DNA of 64,000 nt from positions 5,708-69,707 of the forward strand of contig JAZSRF010000045.1 in the NCBI GenBank assembly GCA_045538335.1, given 5' to 3'. Source of the DNA: Clostridia bacterium (GTDB lineage Bacteria > Bacillota > Clostridia > TANB77 > CAG-465). The translations under genes and the position numbers were made by a program. This document shows positions 20,066 through 32,353 of this stretch, in pieces (positions within the stretch are counted from its first letter, which is position 1; every line of letters begins with the position of its first letter). Under the pieces are notes generated by a model. That model did no database searches, had not been told where the DNA came from, and saw nothing but the letters and a program-made list of their open reading frames with translations.

Positions 20066-20110
20066 AAAACCAACCTAGTCAAACTTTCGTTTAACTAGGT
20101 TGGTTTATTT
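20066..20110. terminator. bidirectional terminator hairpin (AAAACCAACCTAGT...ACTAGGTTGGTTT)
   Basis: 13-bp inverted repeat between convergent 19676..20032 (+) and rpoC (-), with T-tract on the + side. Confidence 0.55.
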
Positions 20111-20123
20111 TGTTATTCTTGTA

Positions 20124-23100
20124 TTATTCGTATATTTCTTCTATTATATTAGAACTTAATACATCTTCGTCGGAATTATTATTTGTAGTTTCTTCTTCAT
20201 CAGAAGAGAAGCTTATATCTTTGTAATCTACAAGACCTGTACCTGCTGGTATTAGTCTACCTATGATTACGTTTTCTTTTAATCCTAGAAGTTTATCTGT
20301 CTTACCTTTAATTGCTGCATCTGTTAATACTCTTGCTGTTTCTTGGAATGATGCTGCAGATAAGAATGAGTCTGTAAGAAGAGCAACTTTAGTAATACCA
20401 AGTAATTCTCTCTTACCAGTAGCAAGTTTTTTGCCTTGTTCTTGAGCTTCTTTGTTAGCCGCTTTAAATTGGTTAATGTCTATAACAGAACCAGCAACAA
20501 GTTTAGTTTCTCCTGCATCATTTACTTTTATTTTTCTAAGCATTTGTTTTGCAACAATTTCAATGTGTTTATCGTTAATGTGAACACCTTGAGTTCTATA
20601 TGCTTTTTGTATTTCTTGTATAATATAGTTTTGTACGGCAACTTCACCATTTATACGAATTATATCGTGTGGGTCAAGTGAACCTTCTGTTAGTCTATCA
20701 CCTGCTGCTATAACGTCTCCGTCTTTAACGACTGGTCTAGCACTGTATAGTTCATAAGTCGCACTTGTTCCATCTTCACTTGTTACAGTTACATTTTTGT
20801 TTATATCATCTAGAGCAGTAACTTTAACAGTACCTGCTATTTCAGTAACTATAGCAACACCCTTTGGTTTTCTCGCTTCGAATAATTCTTCAACACGAGG
20901 AAGACCTTGAGTAATATCTGCGCCTCCAGCGACACCACCTGTGTGTATTGTTCTCATTGTAAGCTGTGTTCCTGGCTCACCTATTGATTGTGCTGCTATA
21001 ACACCAACTGCTTCTCCAACTGTAATTGGTTCACCAGTTGCAAGGTTTTTACCATAACATTTACAACATACTCCTCTACCCATATCACAAGTAAGGGCTG
21101 AACGTATTTTAACTTTAGTAAATCCTCTTCCTACAATATCTTTAGCTATAGCTGATGTTACGTATGTATCTCTAGCATAAATAACTTCTCCAGCTTCATC
21201 AGTAATATCGTCAGATAGGTATCTACCTTCAATTCTTTCAGATAATTTTTCAATTGGTTCTCCACTTTCCATGATTGCTTCAACCCAAAGACCATCTTTA
21301 GTTCCACAATCTTCAGAAGTGATTGTAACTTCTTGGTTAACGTCAACAAGTCTTCTTGTTAGGTAACCAGAGTCAGCTGTTCTTAAAGCTGTATCTGCAA
21401 GACCTTTTCTAGCACCATGTGAAGAAATGAAGTACTCAAGAACGTCTAGACCATCTCTAAAGCTTGATCTAATTGGTATTTCTACCGCTTTACCTGAAGT
21501 ATCTGCCATAAGTCCACGAATACCAGATAATTGTCTCATCTGTTTAGGGTTACCTCTGGCGCCTGTGTGAGCCATGATACGAACTGGGTTTTTGATGTTA
21601 GGGTTGCTCATTATAGCATCTTGGATGTCATCTGTAGCTTTACCCCAAATCTTAACAACTTCGTTGTATCTTTGTTCATCAGATATTAAACCACGTTTGT
21701 AGTTTTTGTATATTGCGTCAACTGCTTCATCAGCTTCTTTAAGTATTTTTTCTCTTTCAGCTGGAACTTCCATGTCTGCAACAGAAACTGTGATAGCACT
21801 TATTGTAGAATATTTGTATCCTAATTCTTTGATATTATCTAAGAATATTGCAGTTTCAGGGATACCAAATTTTTCGATACACATATCTATCATTTGTCCA
21901 ATTTCTTTCTTTCTAACAGGGAATTCTATTTCTTGTCTGAAAGCGTTTTCTGGATTTGTTCTATCTACATATCCTAATGTTTGTGGGACAATTCCATTAA
22001 ATATGATTCTACCAACTGTAGTATCTATTATTTTAGATTTCATTTCGCCATCAATTTCCTTAGTTACTCTAAGTTTAATTGGAGCGTGTAAGCCTACAAC
22101 TTTTTGGTCATAAGCCATTAAAGCTTCGTCTTCATCTTTAAATACTTTACCAGCACCTGGTTCGTCATCATATTGAACTGTTAGGTAATAGCTTCCAAGT
22201 ATCATATCTTGAGAAGGTACTGTAACTGCTTTACCATCTTGTGGTTTAAGCAAGTTATTTGATGCAAGCATCAAGAATTTTGCTTCAGATTGTGCTTCTG
22301 GTGATAATGGTACGTGTACCGCCATTTGGTCACCATCGAAGTCTGCGTTAAACGCTGCACAAACTAATGGATGTAGCTTAATTGCTCTTCCTTCTACTAG
22401 AACTGGTTCAAACGCTTGAATACCAAGTCTGTGTAGTGTAGGTGCACGGTTAAGTAGAACTGGTCTATCTTTGATTACATCTTCTAGTACATCCCATACT
22501 TCTACAACCGCTCTTTCAACCATTCTCTTTGCATTTTTAATGTTAAATGCCATTTCTCTTTTAACAAGTTCTTTCATAACGAAAGGTTTGAATAGTTCTA
22601 GAGCCATTTCTCTTGGAAGTCCACATTGGTGTATTTTTAGGCTTGGTCCTACAACGATAACTGAACGACCAGAATAGTCAACTCTCTTACCTAGTAGGTT
22701 TTGTCTAAATCTACCTTGTTTACCTTTTAACATGTCTGATAGAGATTTTAATGCTCTGTTGCCAGCACCTGTTACAGGTCTACCACGTCTTCCATTGTCT
22801 ATTAATGCATCTACTGATTCTTGAAGCATTCTCTTTTCATTACGTATAATAATGTCTGGAGCTTCAAGCTCAATAAGTCTTTTTATTCTGTTATTTCTGT
22901 TTATAACTCTTCTATATAAATCATTTAGGTCAGAAGTAGCAAATCTACCTCCATCTAATTGTACCATTGGTCTTAAATCTGGTGGGATTACTGGTATTAC
23001 TTCTAGTACCATCCATTCTGGTTTGTTTCCAGATTTTCTAAATGCTTCTATAGTTTCAAGTCTTTTTATAAGTTTCAAACGTTTTTGTGAAGTTGCTGTC

Positions 23101-23705
23101 TCAAGAGCCTTTCTAATTTCTTTTTCTTCTTTTTCAAGATCTACTTTAGATAAAAGTTCTTTTATTGCTTCAGCACCCATTCCAACTACGAATGAATCTT
23201 CACCGTATTTTTCTACAGCTTCTCTATATTCTTTTTCAGAAAGAATTTGTTTGTACATAAGTCCTGTATCTTTTGGATCCATAACTATGTATGCTGCGAA
23301 ATATACAACTCTTTCAAGGGCTTTAGGAGAAACGTCTATTATTAAGCTCATTCTACTTGGTATTCCCTTGAAGAACCAGATGTGAGACACTGGTGTTGCA
23401 AGTTCAATGTGTCCTAATCTTTCACGTCTTACGCTCTTTTTAGTAACTTCAACACCACATCTATCACATATTATTCCTTTATATCTTATTTTTTTGTATT
23501 TACCACAGTAACATTCCCAGTCTTTTGTTGGTCCGAATATCTTTTCACAGAACAGACCATCACGCTCAGGTTTTAGGGATCTGTAGTTAATTGTTTCAGG
23601 TTTTTTAACTTCTCCTTTAGACCATTCTCTAATCTTTTCTGGAGATGCTATTCCTATGCTTAATCTATCAAAAACTTCTGGATTTACATTATTCATATCT
23701 GCCAT
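20124..23705 (-). CDS. rpoC: DNA-directed RNA polymerase subunit beta'
   Basis: NADFDGD catalytic motif, zinc finger CxxC...CxxC near N-terminus, 1193 aa; acidic C-terminal tail. Confidence 0.95.
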   Translation of the reverse strand: MADMNNVNPEVFDRLSIGIASPEKIREWSKGEVKKPETINYRSLKPERDGLFCEKIFGPTKDWECYCGKYKKIRYKGIICDRCGVEVTKKSVRRERLGHIELATPVSHIWFFKGIPSRMSLIIDVSPKALERVVYFAAYIVMDPKDTGLMYKQILSEKEYREAVEKYGEDSFVVGMGAEAIKELLSKVDLEKEEKEIRKALETATSQKRLKLIKRLETIEAFRKSGNKPEWMVLEVIPVIPPDLRPMVQLDGGRFATSDLNDLYRRVINRNNRIKRLIELEAPDIIIRNEKRMLQESVDALIDNGRRGRPVTGAGNRALKSLSDMLKGKQGRFRQNLLGKRVDYSGRSVIVVGPSLKIHQCGLPREMALELFKPFVMKELVKREMAFNIKNAKRMVERAVVEVWDVLEDVIKDRPVLLNRAPTLHRLGIQAFEPVLVEGRAIKLHPLVCAAFNADFDGDQMAVHVPLSPEAQSEAKFLMLASNNLLKPQDGKAVTVPSQDMILGSYYLTVQYDDEPGAGKVFKDEDEALMAYDQKVVGLHAPIKLRVTKEIDGEMKSKIIDTTVGRIIFNGIVPQTLGYVDRTNPENAFRQEIEFPVRKKEIGQMIDMCIEKFGIPETAIFLDNIKELGYKYSTISAITVSVADMEVPAEREKILKEADEAVDAIYKNYKRGLISDEQRYNEVVKIWGKATDDIQDAIMSNPNIKNPVRIMAHTGARGNPKQMRQLSGIRGLMADTSGKAVEIPIRSSFRDGLDVLEYFISSHGARKGLADTALRTADSGYLTRRLVDVNQEVTITSEDCGTKDGLWVEAIMESGEPIEKLSERIEGRYLSDDITDEAGEVIYARDTYVTSAIAKDIVGRGFTKVKIRSALTCDMGRGVCCKCYGKNLATGEPITVGEAVGVIAAQSIGEPGTQLTMRTIHTGGVAGGADITQGLPRVEELFEARKPKGVAIVTEIAGTVKVTALDDINKNVTVTSEDGTSATYELYSARPVVKDGDVIAAGDRLTEGSLDPHDIIRINGEVAVQNYIIQEIQKAYRTQGVHINDKHIEIVAKQMLRKIKVNDAGETKLVAGSVIDINQFKAANKEAQEQGKKLATGKRELLGITKVALLTDSFLSAASFQETARVLTDAAIKGKTDKLLGLKENVIIGRLIPAGTGLVDYKDISFSSDEEETTNNNSDEDVLSSNIIEEIYE

Positions 23706-23728
23706 TTTAACATTTTCCTCCCTTCACC

Positions 23729-26700
23729 TTAAACTTCTTCATCATCAAGATAAATGTCACCATCTAAATCATCCATATCTTCTTCATCATCTTCACCTTC
23801 GATAGACATTGAATCTTCATCATCTAAAACGTATAATTCATCGTCGTCTAATGGTTCGAAGTCTTGCATTTTAGATAGAGGTACTATATCTTTTTCTGTT
23901 AAATCTACTGTTTCTTTTACTTCTACTTCTTCGTTGTGGTTATATAACTTCATGTCTAAGCCTAAACTTTGTAGTTCTTTAATAAGAACTCTAAATGATT
24001 CTGGTATTCCTGGTTCTGGAACACTTTCACCTTTAACGATAGCTTCATATGTTTTAAGTCTTCCTGTAATATCGTCAGATTTTACTGTTAGGATTTCTTG
24101 TAATGCATATGCTGCACCGTAAGCTTCTAGAGCCCAAACTTCCATCTCACCAAATCTTTGTCCACCAAATTGCGCTTTACCACCAAGAGGTTGTTGTGTA
24201 ACCATTCCGTATGGTCCAATAGAACGCGCGTGGATTTTATCATCAACTAAGTGATATAGTTTTAACATATACATGTATCCAACTGTAACTTCGTTATCGA
24301 ATAATTCACCTGTTCTACCATCTCTTACAGGGAACTTACAAGTTTCGCTAAGTCCTGCTTTCTTGAATAGTTCTTCTATATCTTCTTCCTTAGCTCCATC
24401 GAATACAGGTGTTGCAACTTTCCAACCAAGTTGTTTTGCAATGTATCCTAAGTGTACTTCAAGTACTTGACCAACGTTCATACGAGAAGGTATACCTAGT
24501 GGGTTAAGAACGATTTGTAGTGGTGTACCATCTGGAAGATATGGCATATCTTCTCTTGGTAATACTCTAGAAATAATACCTTTGTTTCCGTGACGTCCAC
24601 AAATCTTGTCACCAACAGATATTTTCTTCTTTTGAGCAATGTATATTCTTACTACTTTATTTACCCCAGGAGCTAATTCATCAGAAGTTTCTCTAGTATA
24701 GATTTTTACGTCTATAACTGTACCAGCTTCTCCGTGTGGAACTCTAAGTGAAGTATCTCTTACTTCTCTAGATTTCTCACCAAATATAGCTCTTAGAAGT
24801 TTTTCTTCAGCTGTAAGCTCTGTTTCTCCCTTAGGAGTAACTTTACCAACAAGGATGTCTCCTGGTCTTACTTCAGCACCAATACGTATAATACCATCTT
24901 CATCAAGGTCTGTTAACGCGTCATCACCAACGTTTGGTATTTCACGAGTAATTTCTTCAGGTCCTAGTTTAGTGTCTCTAGCTTCACAGTCATAATCTTC
25001 TATATGTATTGATGTTAATACATCATCTTTTACTAAATCTTCAGAGATTAGTATAGCATCTTCGTAGTTGTAACCTTCCCAAGTCATGAAACCAACTAGA
25101 ATGTTCTTTCCTAGTGACATTTCACCTTGGTCTGTAGAAGAACCATCTACAAGAACATCGCCTTTTTTAACCTTAGTTCCTTTTGTTACTATTGGTCTTT
25201 GGTTTAGGCAAGTACCTTGGTTAGAACGTTTAAACTTAGTTAATACGTGTTCTTCTTTTCCTTGTTTACCTTCAACTACAACTTTGTCTCCGCTTACATA
25301 TGTTACAATACCGTCTTGGCCTGCAACTATACATGTACCCGAGTCTTGTGCTGCTTTATACTCAATTCCTGTTCCAATAATTGGAGCTTCTGCTTTTACT
25401 AGCGGAACTGCTTGACGTTGCATGTTAGATCCCATTAGAGAACGTTTAGCGTCGTCGCTTTCAAGGAATGGTATCATAGCTGTAGCAACAGATACTAATT
25501 GTTTTGGAGATACGTCCATGTAATCAACTTTTTCTGGTGCAACTTCTAACACTTCATTTCTATATCTTACTTTAATTTTCTTGTTTGCAAATTTGTTATC
25601 TTTGTCTAGTTTTTCGTTAGCTTGTGCAATTATGAAATCATCTTCAGTATCAGCTGTCATATATTCAATTTCGTCAGTTACAACTCCAGTTGCTTTATCT
25701 ACTTTTCTATATGGAGATTCAACAAATCCATATCTGTTGATTCTTGCATAAGTTGGAAGTGATGAAATAAGTCCTATGTTAGGTCCTTCTGGAGATTCGA
25801 TTGGACATAGTCTTCCGTAGTGAGTATAGTGAACGTCACGCACTTCGAAACCAGCTCTTTCACGAGAAAGTCCTCCAGGTCCTAATGCAGATATTCTTCT
25901 CTTATGTGTTAATTCTGCAAGTGGATTTATTTGATCCATGAATTGAGATAATTGGCTGCTTCCAAAGAATTCTTTTATTGCACCAACTACTGGTTTTATA
26001 TTTATTAACATTTGAGGTGTTGCCACATCAATATCTTGAGTTGCCATTCTTTCACGAACAACTCTTTCAAGTCTTGTAAGCCCAATTCTGAATTGGTTTT
26101 GTAGAAGTTCACCAACGCATCTTACTCTTCTGTTTCCTAAATGGTCAATATCTTCTATTTTACCCATTCCATGATAGAAGTTTACAAAGTAGTTTATAGA
26201 TGCGATTATATCGTCTATTGTAATGTGTTTAACTACAAGCTCTTCTCTTCTTTTCTTAATTTCGTTGCGTATTGCTTTCTCATCTTTACCTTCAGTTTTA
26301 GCTATTATTTCTTTAAGCACTGGTAAGTAAACTTCTTCTTTTATAACATTCTTGTCTATTTCAATTCCTAGATATGTTGAAATATCTACTGTGTTGTTAC
26401 CTATAACTTTAACTTTCTTACCATTTTTATCTACATATACAACATTTATTCCAGCTTGTTTTATTTCATTTGCAACTTCACGAGAAATTTTTTCGCCTTT
26501 TTTAACAAAGATTTCTCCCGTTTCTGCATTTATTATATCTTCAGCCGCAATCTCGTTTGTTATTCTTGAAGCTATGCTTAGTTTTTTATTGTATTTATAT
26601 CTACCAACTCTAGAAAGGTCGTATCTTCTTGCATCGTACATCAAGCCATAAAGTAATGATTCTGCTGCATCTACATGTAGAGGTTCACCTGGTCTTAATT

Positions 26701-27409
26701 TTTTGTATATTTCAAGAAGTGCTTCATCTGTTGTTTTAGATGGATCTTTTTCAAGAGTTGCTGCTATCTTATCATCTTCGAATAAATCTAAGATTTCAGC
26801 ATCTTTTTCTATACCTAAAGCACGTACAAAAGTAGTCATCGGTATTTTACGAGTTCTATCTACTCTTACCCATAACATATCTTGAAGGTCTGTTTCGTAC
26901 TCAAGCCAAGTACCTCTGTTAGGCATAACAGTTCCAGTAAAGATAAGTTTACCAGTTTTGTCCTTTTGCGTATCAAAATATACACCAGGACTTCTTACTA
27001 ACTGGCTTACTACAACTCTTTCTGCTCCATTTATTATGAATGTTCCGTTATCTGTCATAAGAGGGAAATCACCCATAAATATCTCTTGCTCTTTAATTTC
27101 GCTTGTTTCTTTATTCATCAAACGAACTTTAACTTGCAAACGAGACGCATAAGTAGTATTTCTTTCCTTTGCTTGTTCTATTGTGTATTTCGTTTCATCT
27201 TCTAATCTATAATCAACAAACTCTAGCATTAGGTTTCCAGAGTAGTCAACTATTGGAGAGATGTCGTGAAAAACATCTTTTAAACCAGAATCTAAAAACC
27301 ATTTATATGATGATTTTTGTACCTCAATTAAATCTGGCATGTCAATAACTTCTGCAATTCTTGAAAAACTTTTTCTTGTTGTTTTTCCATTTTTTACTTC
27401 ATGTACCAC
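23729..27409 (-). CDS. rpoB: DNA-directed RNA polymerase subunit beta (GTG start at 27409 after RBS AGGGGGAA)
   Basis: Conserved N-terminus [10 protein letters not shown], rifampicin-cluster region, ~1226 aa. It carries a ~70-aa acidic C-terminal extension ([13 protein letters not shown]...DDEEV). Confidence 0.95.
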   Translation of the reverse strand: MVHEVKNGKTTRKSFSRIAEVIDMPDLIEVQKSSYKWFLDSGLKDVFHDISPIVDYSGNLMLEFVDYRLEDETKYTIEQAKERNTTYASRLQVKVRLMNKETSEIKEQEIFMGDFPLMTDNGTFIINGAERVVVSQLVRSPGVYFDTQKDKTGKLIFTGTVMPNRGTWLEYETDLQDMLWVRVDRTRKIPMTTFVRALGIEKDAEILDLFEDDKIAATLEKDPSKTTDEALLEIYKKLRPGEPLHVDAAESLLYGLMYDARRYDLSRVGRYKYNKKLSIASRITNEIAAEDIINAETGEIFVKKGEKISREVANEIKQAGINVVYVDKNGKKVKVIGNNTVDISTYLGIEIDKNVIKEEVYLPVLKEIIAKTEGKDEKAIRNEIKKRREELVVKHITIDDIIASINYFVNFYHGMGKIEDIDHLGNRRVRCVGELLQNQFRIGLTRLERVVRERMATQDIDVATPQMLINIKPVVGAIKEFFGSSQLSQFMDQINPLAELTHKRRISALGPGGLSRERAGFEVRDVHYTHYGRLCPIESPEGPNIGLISSLPTYARINRYGFVESPYRKVDKATGVVTDEIEYMTADTEDDFIIAQANEKLDKDNKFANKKIKVRYRNEVLEVAPEKVDYMDVSPKQLVSVATAMIPFLESDDAKRSLMGSNMQRQAVPLVKAEAPIIGTGIEYKAAQDSGTCIVAGQDGIVTYVSGDKVVVEGKQGKEEHVLTKFKRSNQGTCLNQRPIVTKGTKVKKGDVLVDGSSTDQGEMSLGKNILVGFMTWEGYNYEDAILISEDLVKDDVLTSIHIEDYDCEARDTKLGPEEITREIPNVGDDALTDLDEDGIIRIGAEVRPGDILVGKVTPKGETELTAEEKLLRAIFGEKSREVRDTSLRVPHGEAGTVIDVKIYTRETSDELAPGVNKVVRIYIAQKKKISVGDKICGRHGNKGIISRVLPREDMPYLPDGTPLQIVLNPLGIPSRMNVGQVLEVHLGYIAKQLGWKVATPVFDGAKEEDIEELFKKAGLSETCKFPVRDGRTGELFDNEVTVGYMYMLKLYHLVDDKIHARSIGPYGMVTQQPLGGKAQFGGQRFGEMEVWALEAYGAAYALQEILTVKSDDITGRLKTYEAIVKGESVPEPGIPESFRVLIKELQSLGLDMKLYNHNEEVEVKETVDLTEKDIVPLSKMQDFEPLDDDELYVLDDEDSMSIEGEDDEEDMDDLDGDIYLDDEEV

Positions 27410-27610
27410 GTAAATTCCCCCTAAACATATTATATTTACATAAAAAGTTCGATAAGACAACAAAAAACCAAATTGATTTTATTATCCAAAATCAACTTGA
27501 TTTTACATATTTAATTTTATGCTTTACGAACTTCTTTTTTCAACAATTGTACCATCCTTAAACACTTTAGTTTACATAGTTTTTCGAATGTTACGATAAA
27601 CATTTCGTAT

Positions 27611-27640
27611 ATTTTATCATACGAAAGTCAGCTTGTCAAC
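27611..27640 (-). promoter_or_regulatory. putative sigmaA promoter for rpoBC (minus strand TTGACA - 18 nt - TAAAAT), ~200-nt leader
   Basis: rc of 27635..27640 is TTGACA; rc of 27611..27616 is TAAAAT. A second TTGACA sits 35 nt further upstream. Confidence 0.35.
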
Positions 27641-27783
27641 TTTTTGTCCTAAGTTTTTACCCGATTTTGTCAACTTTTTCAAACTACATTTTAATTATAC
27701 CAAATTTTATGTAAAAAGGCAAGAAAAACAACGATAAATTTAGCCACTTTTGTTAGCTTTATGATTTAGCCGGAATGGCATCA

Positions 27784-27999
27784 TTAGTATTTTATTTTGT
27801 CTTGTATTCCCGAACCATCTCCATATCTCATTGGCACTTTAACGTTCTTATTTTGCCTTGTTACAACATTTTCCATTAATTCATTTATAAAATTGTTTTC
27901 TTTACCATATGATATTTTTTTCGGCTCATCAATCATCTTTGTACGTTCTTTTTTTAATACCTTTTTCAAAAACAAAATAATATTTTTTATAAAAGCCAT
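27784..27999 (-). CDS. hypothetical small basic protein
   Basis: 71 aa, 1 nt downstream of the 628-aa gene, so co-transcribed with it. Confidence 0.3.
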   Translation of the reverse strand: MAFIKNIILFLKKVLKKERTKMIDEPKKISYGKENNFINELMENVVTRQNKNVKVPMRYGDGSGIQDKIKY

Positions 28000-28000
28000 A

Positions 28001-29887
28001 CTACCTTACCTCTTCACCTTTTATTATTACCCTGCGTGTTTTTAGATTTATATCTTCAATATCGCCGTCTCTTTCCCACGGCCTATACCCACCCAATTTT
28101 TCTAAGTCCATATCATAGCATTCAAATTTTGATTCAAACTCTTCTCGAGCTAACTCTCCAAAGCATCCTTGTTGTCCATCCACAAAATAAAATTTCTCTC
28201 CTATATCCGAAAAATTCATATACATGTACATAATTGGTTTCTTTTCTTTGTCATCACGCATATACACTCTATCTATAACGCACTCATTAAAGTCCATTTC
28301 TTCTCTTTGGGCTAATACCACCTCTCTTAAAATAGTAATTGTTTCTTCTTGGCACAAAGCAAATTCAGGACAATATTCTTCAAATATAGCCAGCTGTCTC
28401 TTTATTATTTCATCATCTGTTAATCCCAATTTGAGGACGTTTGCAAGCCTCTCATCCAAATATTTACCTGGAAAATTCCCTTGTCTATCAGCAATCCCTA
28501 TACTAGAAAATATCCTTTTCAAACTTTCTTCATCTAAGCTTAACTGCACTCCACTTAATTCCTCATCCTTTTTATGAGACTCTGTATCCTTACCATCTTT
28601 ATTGATATCTTCTTTTCTTATTTCTTGGTAGCTTTTGCAAAAGTTTTTAGGCATCATTCCATACCTATGCGAAGCCAAATTCCAAGTAGGGTCCAAAATT
28701 GTATCTCCAACAACAAGCTCACCATTCAATGTCGGCAAAGATATTTCTTCTAATTTTAAAAACGCGTGTTTATCATTCGAAACCAATTTTGACTTAATCC
28801 CAACTTTACTCAAAATATACTGTTCTACTTGGGCTACCCCAGCACATATACCACAGCTAGAACGTATTGTCTTCCATAATGCACGTGTACCATTTTCATC
28901 AAACAACTCTGTATCAACATCCAGGCTATAGCTTATCTTTTTACCAATAGCATTATCTATAAATGCTACCTTCTGAATATCTGTCCATTCAGGATTTATA
29001 TTTTGCAACAAACTTTCTACCCATACTTCTGCCTCTTTATAATCTTCTATCGTGGATATTTTTCCCATGTAATCGCTTATGTTCATACTTGGACAAATTT
29101 CACCCAATTCTAATAGCTTTTCCTTATATTCTACTGGCAACTGAGTAGGATCAACATAAACAAGCTCATCTAATCCACGATAAATTTCCAAGTCGTTAGC
29201 GAAATCTACCTTTATTTTCTCGTGCCATTCACCCTCTGAATTATATTCCATTTGCAAAACCGTTGCATATTCCATTGAAAGATTAGAAGTATCTATAGCT
29301 TTTTTACTACTTTCATTCAAAACAAGCAACGCCAATCTCTTCTCTCCAAGCGTCAATCCTGCTTCTTCCATTTTAGAAATAAATTCAAGCCCCCTATTTT
29401 GATCTTCCAAAATTATTACTACTTTATACGGCCTTATTCCATTTTTTAACAATATTTCCTTATCTTCTCTTAAAAAGTCGCATAATTCATCAACACCCAA
29501 AGTTGATGCCAAACTATTTAAATGATGAGCATCTAAATTGTATTTGTTAGAAATTATCGCCTCTTTCCTAATTTTAATACTCATTGTTGCAAGTACATTG
29601 CTTATTTGATTACCATCCAACTCTGATATAATATTATGATTTTCAAGCAACTCCAATCTTATTTTCTCGTCAGCAACACTCATTAATATTTGTACCTTTA
29701 CATTGCTAGATAGCAGCTCCCCATTTCTAGTTGCCAACATTTTACTTTTATCCTCATCATTTAAATAAACATTGCACAATAACACAAAAAGCTCCTCAGC
29801 TCCTTTAAAAGCCTCCATTGTTTTCTCATCTAAAAGGGCCTCTACCTTATCTTCTGCATTCTGTAATAATTTTATTATATTTTTCAA
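28001..29887 (-). CDS. hypothetical protein with central transglutaminase-like cysteine-protease core
   Basis: Cys-His-Asp arrangement: SCGICAGVAQVEQY ... KHAFLKLEE ... VVGDTILDPTWN, as in the transglutaminase-like superfamily. Confidence 0.45.
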   Translation of the reverse strand: MKNIIKLLQNAEDKVEALLDEKTMEAFKGAEELFVLLCNVYLNDEDKSKMLATRNGELLSSNVKVQILMSVADEKIRLELLENHNIISELDGNQISNVLATMSIKIRKEAIISNKYNLDAHHLNSLASTLGVDELCDFLREDKEILLKNGIRPYKVVIILEDQNRGLEFISKMEEAGLTLGEKRLALLVLNESSKKAIDTSNLSMEYATVLQMEYNSEGEWHEKIKVDFANDLEIYRGLDELVYVDPTQLPVEYKEKLLELGEICPSMNISDYMGKISTIEDYKEAEVWVESLLQNINPEWTDIQKVAFIDNAIGKKISYSLDVDTELFDENGTRALWKTIRSSCGICAGVAQVEQYILSKVGIKSKLVSNDKHAFLKLEEISLPTLNGELVVGDTILDPTWNLASHRYGMMPKNFCKSYQEIRKEDINKDGKDTESHKKDEELSGVQLSLDEESLKRIFSSIGIADRQGNFPGKYLDERLANVLKLGLTDDEIIKRQLAIFEEYCPEFALCQEETITILREVVLAQREEMDFNECVIDRVYMRDDKEKKPIMYMYMNFSDIGEKFYFVDGQQGCFGELAREEFESKFECYDMDLEKLGGYRPWERDGDIEDINLKTRRVIIKGEEVR

Positions 29888-30121
29888 ATCAATATACCTC
29901 TCATTTATAAACCTATGTCTTTATTTAGAATACCACATATAATACTAAAAGGAAACCTTTTAGTTACAATATTTTCCATTTTTTATATATTGTATACAAG
30001 AAACTGTTTTTTACACATGAGTATTATTACAAGTAGCAAGCGCCTTTTAATTTGCTCTATAACAAAATTTTAAGTTTTGAAACCTTAATATATATTTTTT
30101 TACTATGTTTTTAATAATCCA

Positions 30122-30643
30122 TTATGTAATTCCCATATTAACAAGAGCTATTGCTGTTATTATGGCTACGCCATCTGCTATAATTGCTGCTATTATCGTT
30201 CCCCTTACATTCTTAACTTTTGCCGCTCCAAATAAAACTGTAGTAACGTAAAACGTCGTTTCAGTGCCACCCATAATTATTGATGCTATTTTTCCCTCTA
30301 TAGAATCAGGGCCGTATCTTTTAAATATGTCCATTACAACAGATGTAGAGGCTCCACCCGAAAGAGGTCTAAACAATGCTAAAGGGATAATACTTTCTGG
30401 TATTCCTAACTTTGCAAGTATACCTTGTATCGGTTTAATTAGCCAAGCCAAAACGCCCGTATCTTGTAAAAGTGTTATAGCAATTGTTATAGCTAGAATA
30501 TATGGAAATATACTGAGAGCCGTTTTTAGTCCCTCCAAAACACCTTCCGTAAACAGCTTTAAAACATCCAATTTATACTTTATCCCAACTACTATTGTTA
30601 TTAATATAAAAGCTGGAACTATAGCAGAAAAAATATATACCAT
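30122..30643 (-). CDS. spmB: spore maturation protein B
   Basis: 173-aa polytopic nucleoside-recognition (Gate) domain protein immediately downstream of spmA. Confidence 0.75.
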   Translation of the reverse strand: MVYIFSAIVPAFILITIVVGIKYKLDVLKLFTEGVLEGLKTALSIFPYILAITIAITLLQDTGVLAWLIKPIQGILAKLGIPESIIPLALFRPLSGGASTSVVMDIFKRYGPDSIEGKIASIIMGGTETTFYVTTVLFGAAKVKNVRGTIIAAIIADGVAIITAIALVNMGIT

Positions 30644-31218
30644 TACTTTATCACCTTATTTAGTATTTTTATTGAGAGAATTCCTAATATAAGAGCTGCT
30701 ATACTTACAATCCACACCGCTATAATTATACCGCCCGGATTATCGCTACCATATATAGCTCTTAAAGATATTATTGTAGTTGGAATCAACTGTATAGATG
30801 CTGTGTTTAGAAGGATAAAAGCCGTCATGCTATCATTTGCCTTTTCCTTGCTCATATTCTTTTTCTGCATCTTTTTTGTCGCACTTATACCAAATACCGT
30901 TGCAGCATTTCCTACCCCTATTGCATTAGATGTTACATTTAATGCGACATCTTGCATTATTTCATCATCTATTTCATCCTTTTTAAACAGCTTGCTTGTT
31001 AGTGGCTTTACTAAATTAGCCAGCCTTTCTATAAGAGGAGTGTGTTTTAATATATTAAAAATTCCCGTCCAAAAGCACAGCATTCCTGCCAGAGTCATTA
31101 TATTTTCAATAGAATTAGTAGATGCTTTGGTTATATGTTCAATTAAACCATCCGCACTTCCTGTAATAAATGTAAATACTATTGCTAGTATTATCATACA
31201 AGACCAAATTATAGACAT
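30643..31218 (-). CDS. spmA: spore maturation protein A
   Basis: 191-aa Gate-domain membrane protein (MSIIWSCMIILAIVFTFITG...); 1-nt overlap with spmB. Confidence 0.75.
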   Translation of the reverse strand: MSIIWSCMIILAIVFTFITGSADGLIEHITKASTNSIENIMTLAGMLCFWTGIFNILKHTPLIERLANLVKPLTSKLFKKDEIDDEIMQDVALNVTSNAIGVGNAATVFGISATKKMQKKNMSKEKANDSMTAFILLNTASIQLIPTTIISLRAIYGSDNPGGIIIAVWIVSIAALILGILSIKILNKVIK

Positions 31219-31265
31219 AGCACACCTCTATACATTGTACTATGTCTACATTTACTTTTATTACA

Positions 31266-31598
31266 CTATTTATATTTTTTTATTATTTTAATAATATCTA
31301 TCATCATTTCTTTTTGCTTGTTTGTTGCATCTTTTAACTCTTCTACGATCTTATCATCTATACCGTCAGCTTGTTCAAATCTAAAATTGCCAATCAAATA
31401 ATCTAAGCTCACATTTAATGCTTGTGCAATTAATACGAGTTTGGACATGCTTGCGCTGCGTTCCCCTCTTTCGATTTGCCCTATATATGCACCTGTACTA
31501 TCTATTTTTTCTCCCAACTCCTCTTGTGTATAGCCTTTTTCTATTCTTTCTTCCTTTATCTTTTTGCCCAAATCTATATATAACATATTACCTCCCAA
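31266..31598 (-). CDS. XRE-family HTH transcriptional regulator
   Basis: HTH_3 motif YTQEELGEKIDSTGAYIGQIERGERSASMSKLVLIAQAL. Confidence 0.7.
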   Translation of the reverse strand: MGGNMLYIDLGKKIKEERIEKGYTQEELGEKIDSTGAYIGQIERGERSASMSKLVLIAQALNVSLDYLIGNFRFEQADGIDDKIVEELKDATNKQKEMMIDIIKIIKKYK

Positions 31599-31711
31599 AT
31601 TAACGCCTAGTGCGTATATTTATATATTATAACTATACACCAGTAGCTATGATTTTTAAAACGGCTATATGCTTTAAAAGAAGCGTATGGCAGACATACG
31701 CTTCTTTATAT

Positions 31712-32020
31712 TTAATTTGTAGCCTCAAGGAACACTCTATCTTTAAACGCTCCTCTTTGTTCGCATTTTTTCTCACGCATCTTATCAAAATCTTCATAAG
31801 ATACACCTTTTAGTGTAATAAGAGCTCTTAACACTTCTTCAATATCTGCAAGTTCCTCTATGTTTCCATCCGCTAAATATTCATTAACTTCTTCTTGCAG
31901 TTTTTTATTAAGCTCTCTTTCGTATTCTTTATCACCCAAAATTCTAACCGTAGGCGTTTCACCATTTCCGCGAATAATATCAGGAATTGTATCTCTAACC
32001 AGTTTATTAAAAGTTTTCAT
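31712..32020 (-). CDS. MazG-like all-alpha nucleoside triphosphate pyrophosphohydrolase (house-cleaning NTP-PPase)
   Basis: MKTFNKLVRDTIPDII...EEVNEY...ELADIEEVL pattern. True start is ATG 32020 after RBS GGAGGTG. The longer ORF call would overlap the tRNA. Confidence 0.6.
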   Translation of the reverse strand: MKTFNKLVRDTIPDIIRGNGETPTVRILGDKEYERELNKKLQEEVNEYLADGNIEELADIEEVLRALITLKGVSYEDFDKMREKKCEQRGAFKDRVFLEATN

Positions 32021-32045
32021 ATAAACACCTCCAAACATATTATTG

Positions 32046-32120
32046 ATGGTGCCCCCTGCGAGAATCGAACCCACAACTAGCCCTTAGGAGGGGCTTATTA
32101 TATCCATTTAACTAAGGGGA
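32046..32120 (-). tRNA. tRNA-Arg (anticodon CCU)
   Basis: Manual fold: acceptor GTCCCCT/AGGGGGC, D-arm GTTA-AATGGATA-TAAT, anticodon stem AGCCC/GGGCT with loop CTCCTAA, T-loop TTCGATT, encoded CCA. Confidence 0.85.
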
Positions 32121-32208
32121 CATTGCCTCTCAATTATACACAAGATTTAATTGTTTTTCAATATTTCATTGATTTTTTTGTTTTAGTAGTGTATAATAAT
32201 TCCCACAA

Positions 32209-32247
32209 GCACCAATAGCTCAACTGGATAGAGCGTCAGACTACGAA
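32209..32247 (+). other. 5' half (acceptor-5' strand, D-arm, anticodon 5' stem and loop) of a disrupted tRNA-Arg(ACG) gene; attL junction
   Basis: GCACCAATAGCTCAACTGGATAGAGCGTCAGACTACGAA is tRNA-like up to anticodon-loop position 38, then diverges. A TGTATAAT -10 lies just upstream. It pairs perfectly with the 3' half at 40498..40544. Confidence 0.7.
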
Positions 32248-32311
32248 CAGAACGCTCAAAACCTTATACCTATTGATAATGCTGTTTTTCAGGGTTTGGG
32301 AATTTTTCATT

Positions 32312-32328
32312 CCCCAGTTTTACCCCAA
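32312..32328. repeat. 17-bp direct repeat CCCCAGTTTTACCCCAA (left-arm copy; candidate Int arm-type site)
   Basis: Identical 17-mer recurs at 40309..40325 near the other end of the element. Each copy is next to a short palindrome (GGGAATttttcATTCCC / TTCCCAAAATTGGGGAA). Confidence 0.5.
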
Positions 32329-32353
32329 AAAACTAAAATACAATTTAACATAT

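Noticed and set aside
20263-27152. Numerous 60-180-aa ORFs on the + strand inside rpoC/rpoB (e.g. 21706..22113, 22852..23385, 23754..24122, 25086..25415)
   Set aside because: Antisense shadow ORFs within highly conserved long genes; Ser/Leu-rich low-complexity translations, no RBS.
31712-32074. Full-length 120-aa ORF call for the MazG-like gene
   Set aside because: Its first 18 codons overlap tRNA-Arg(CCU) on the same strand. ATG 32020 with a GGAGGTG RBS is the credible start.
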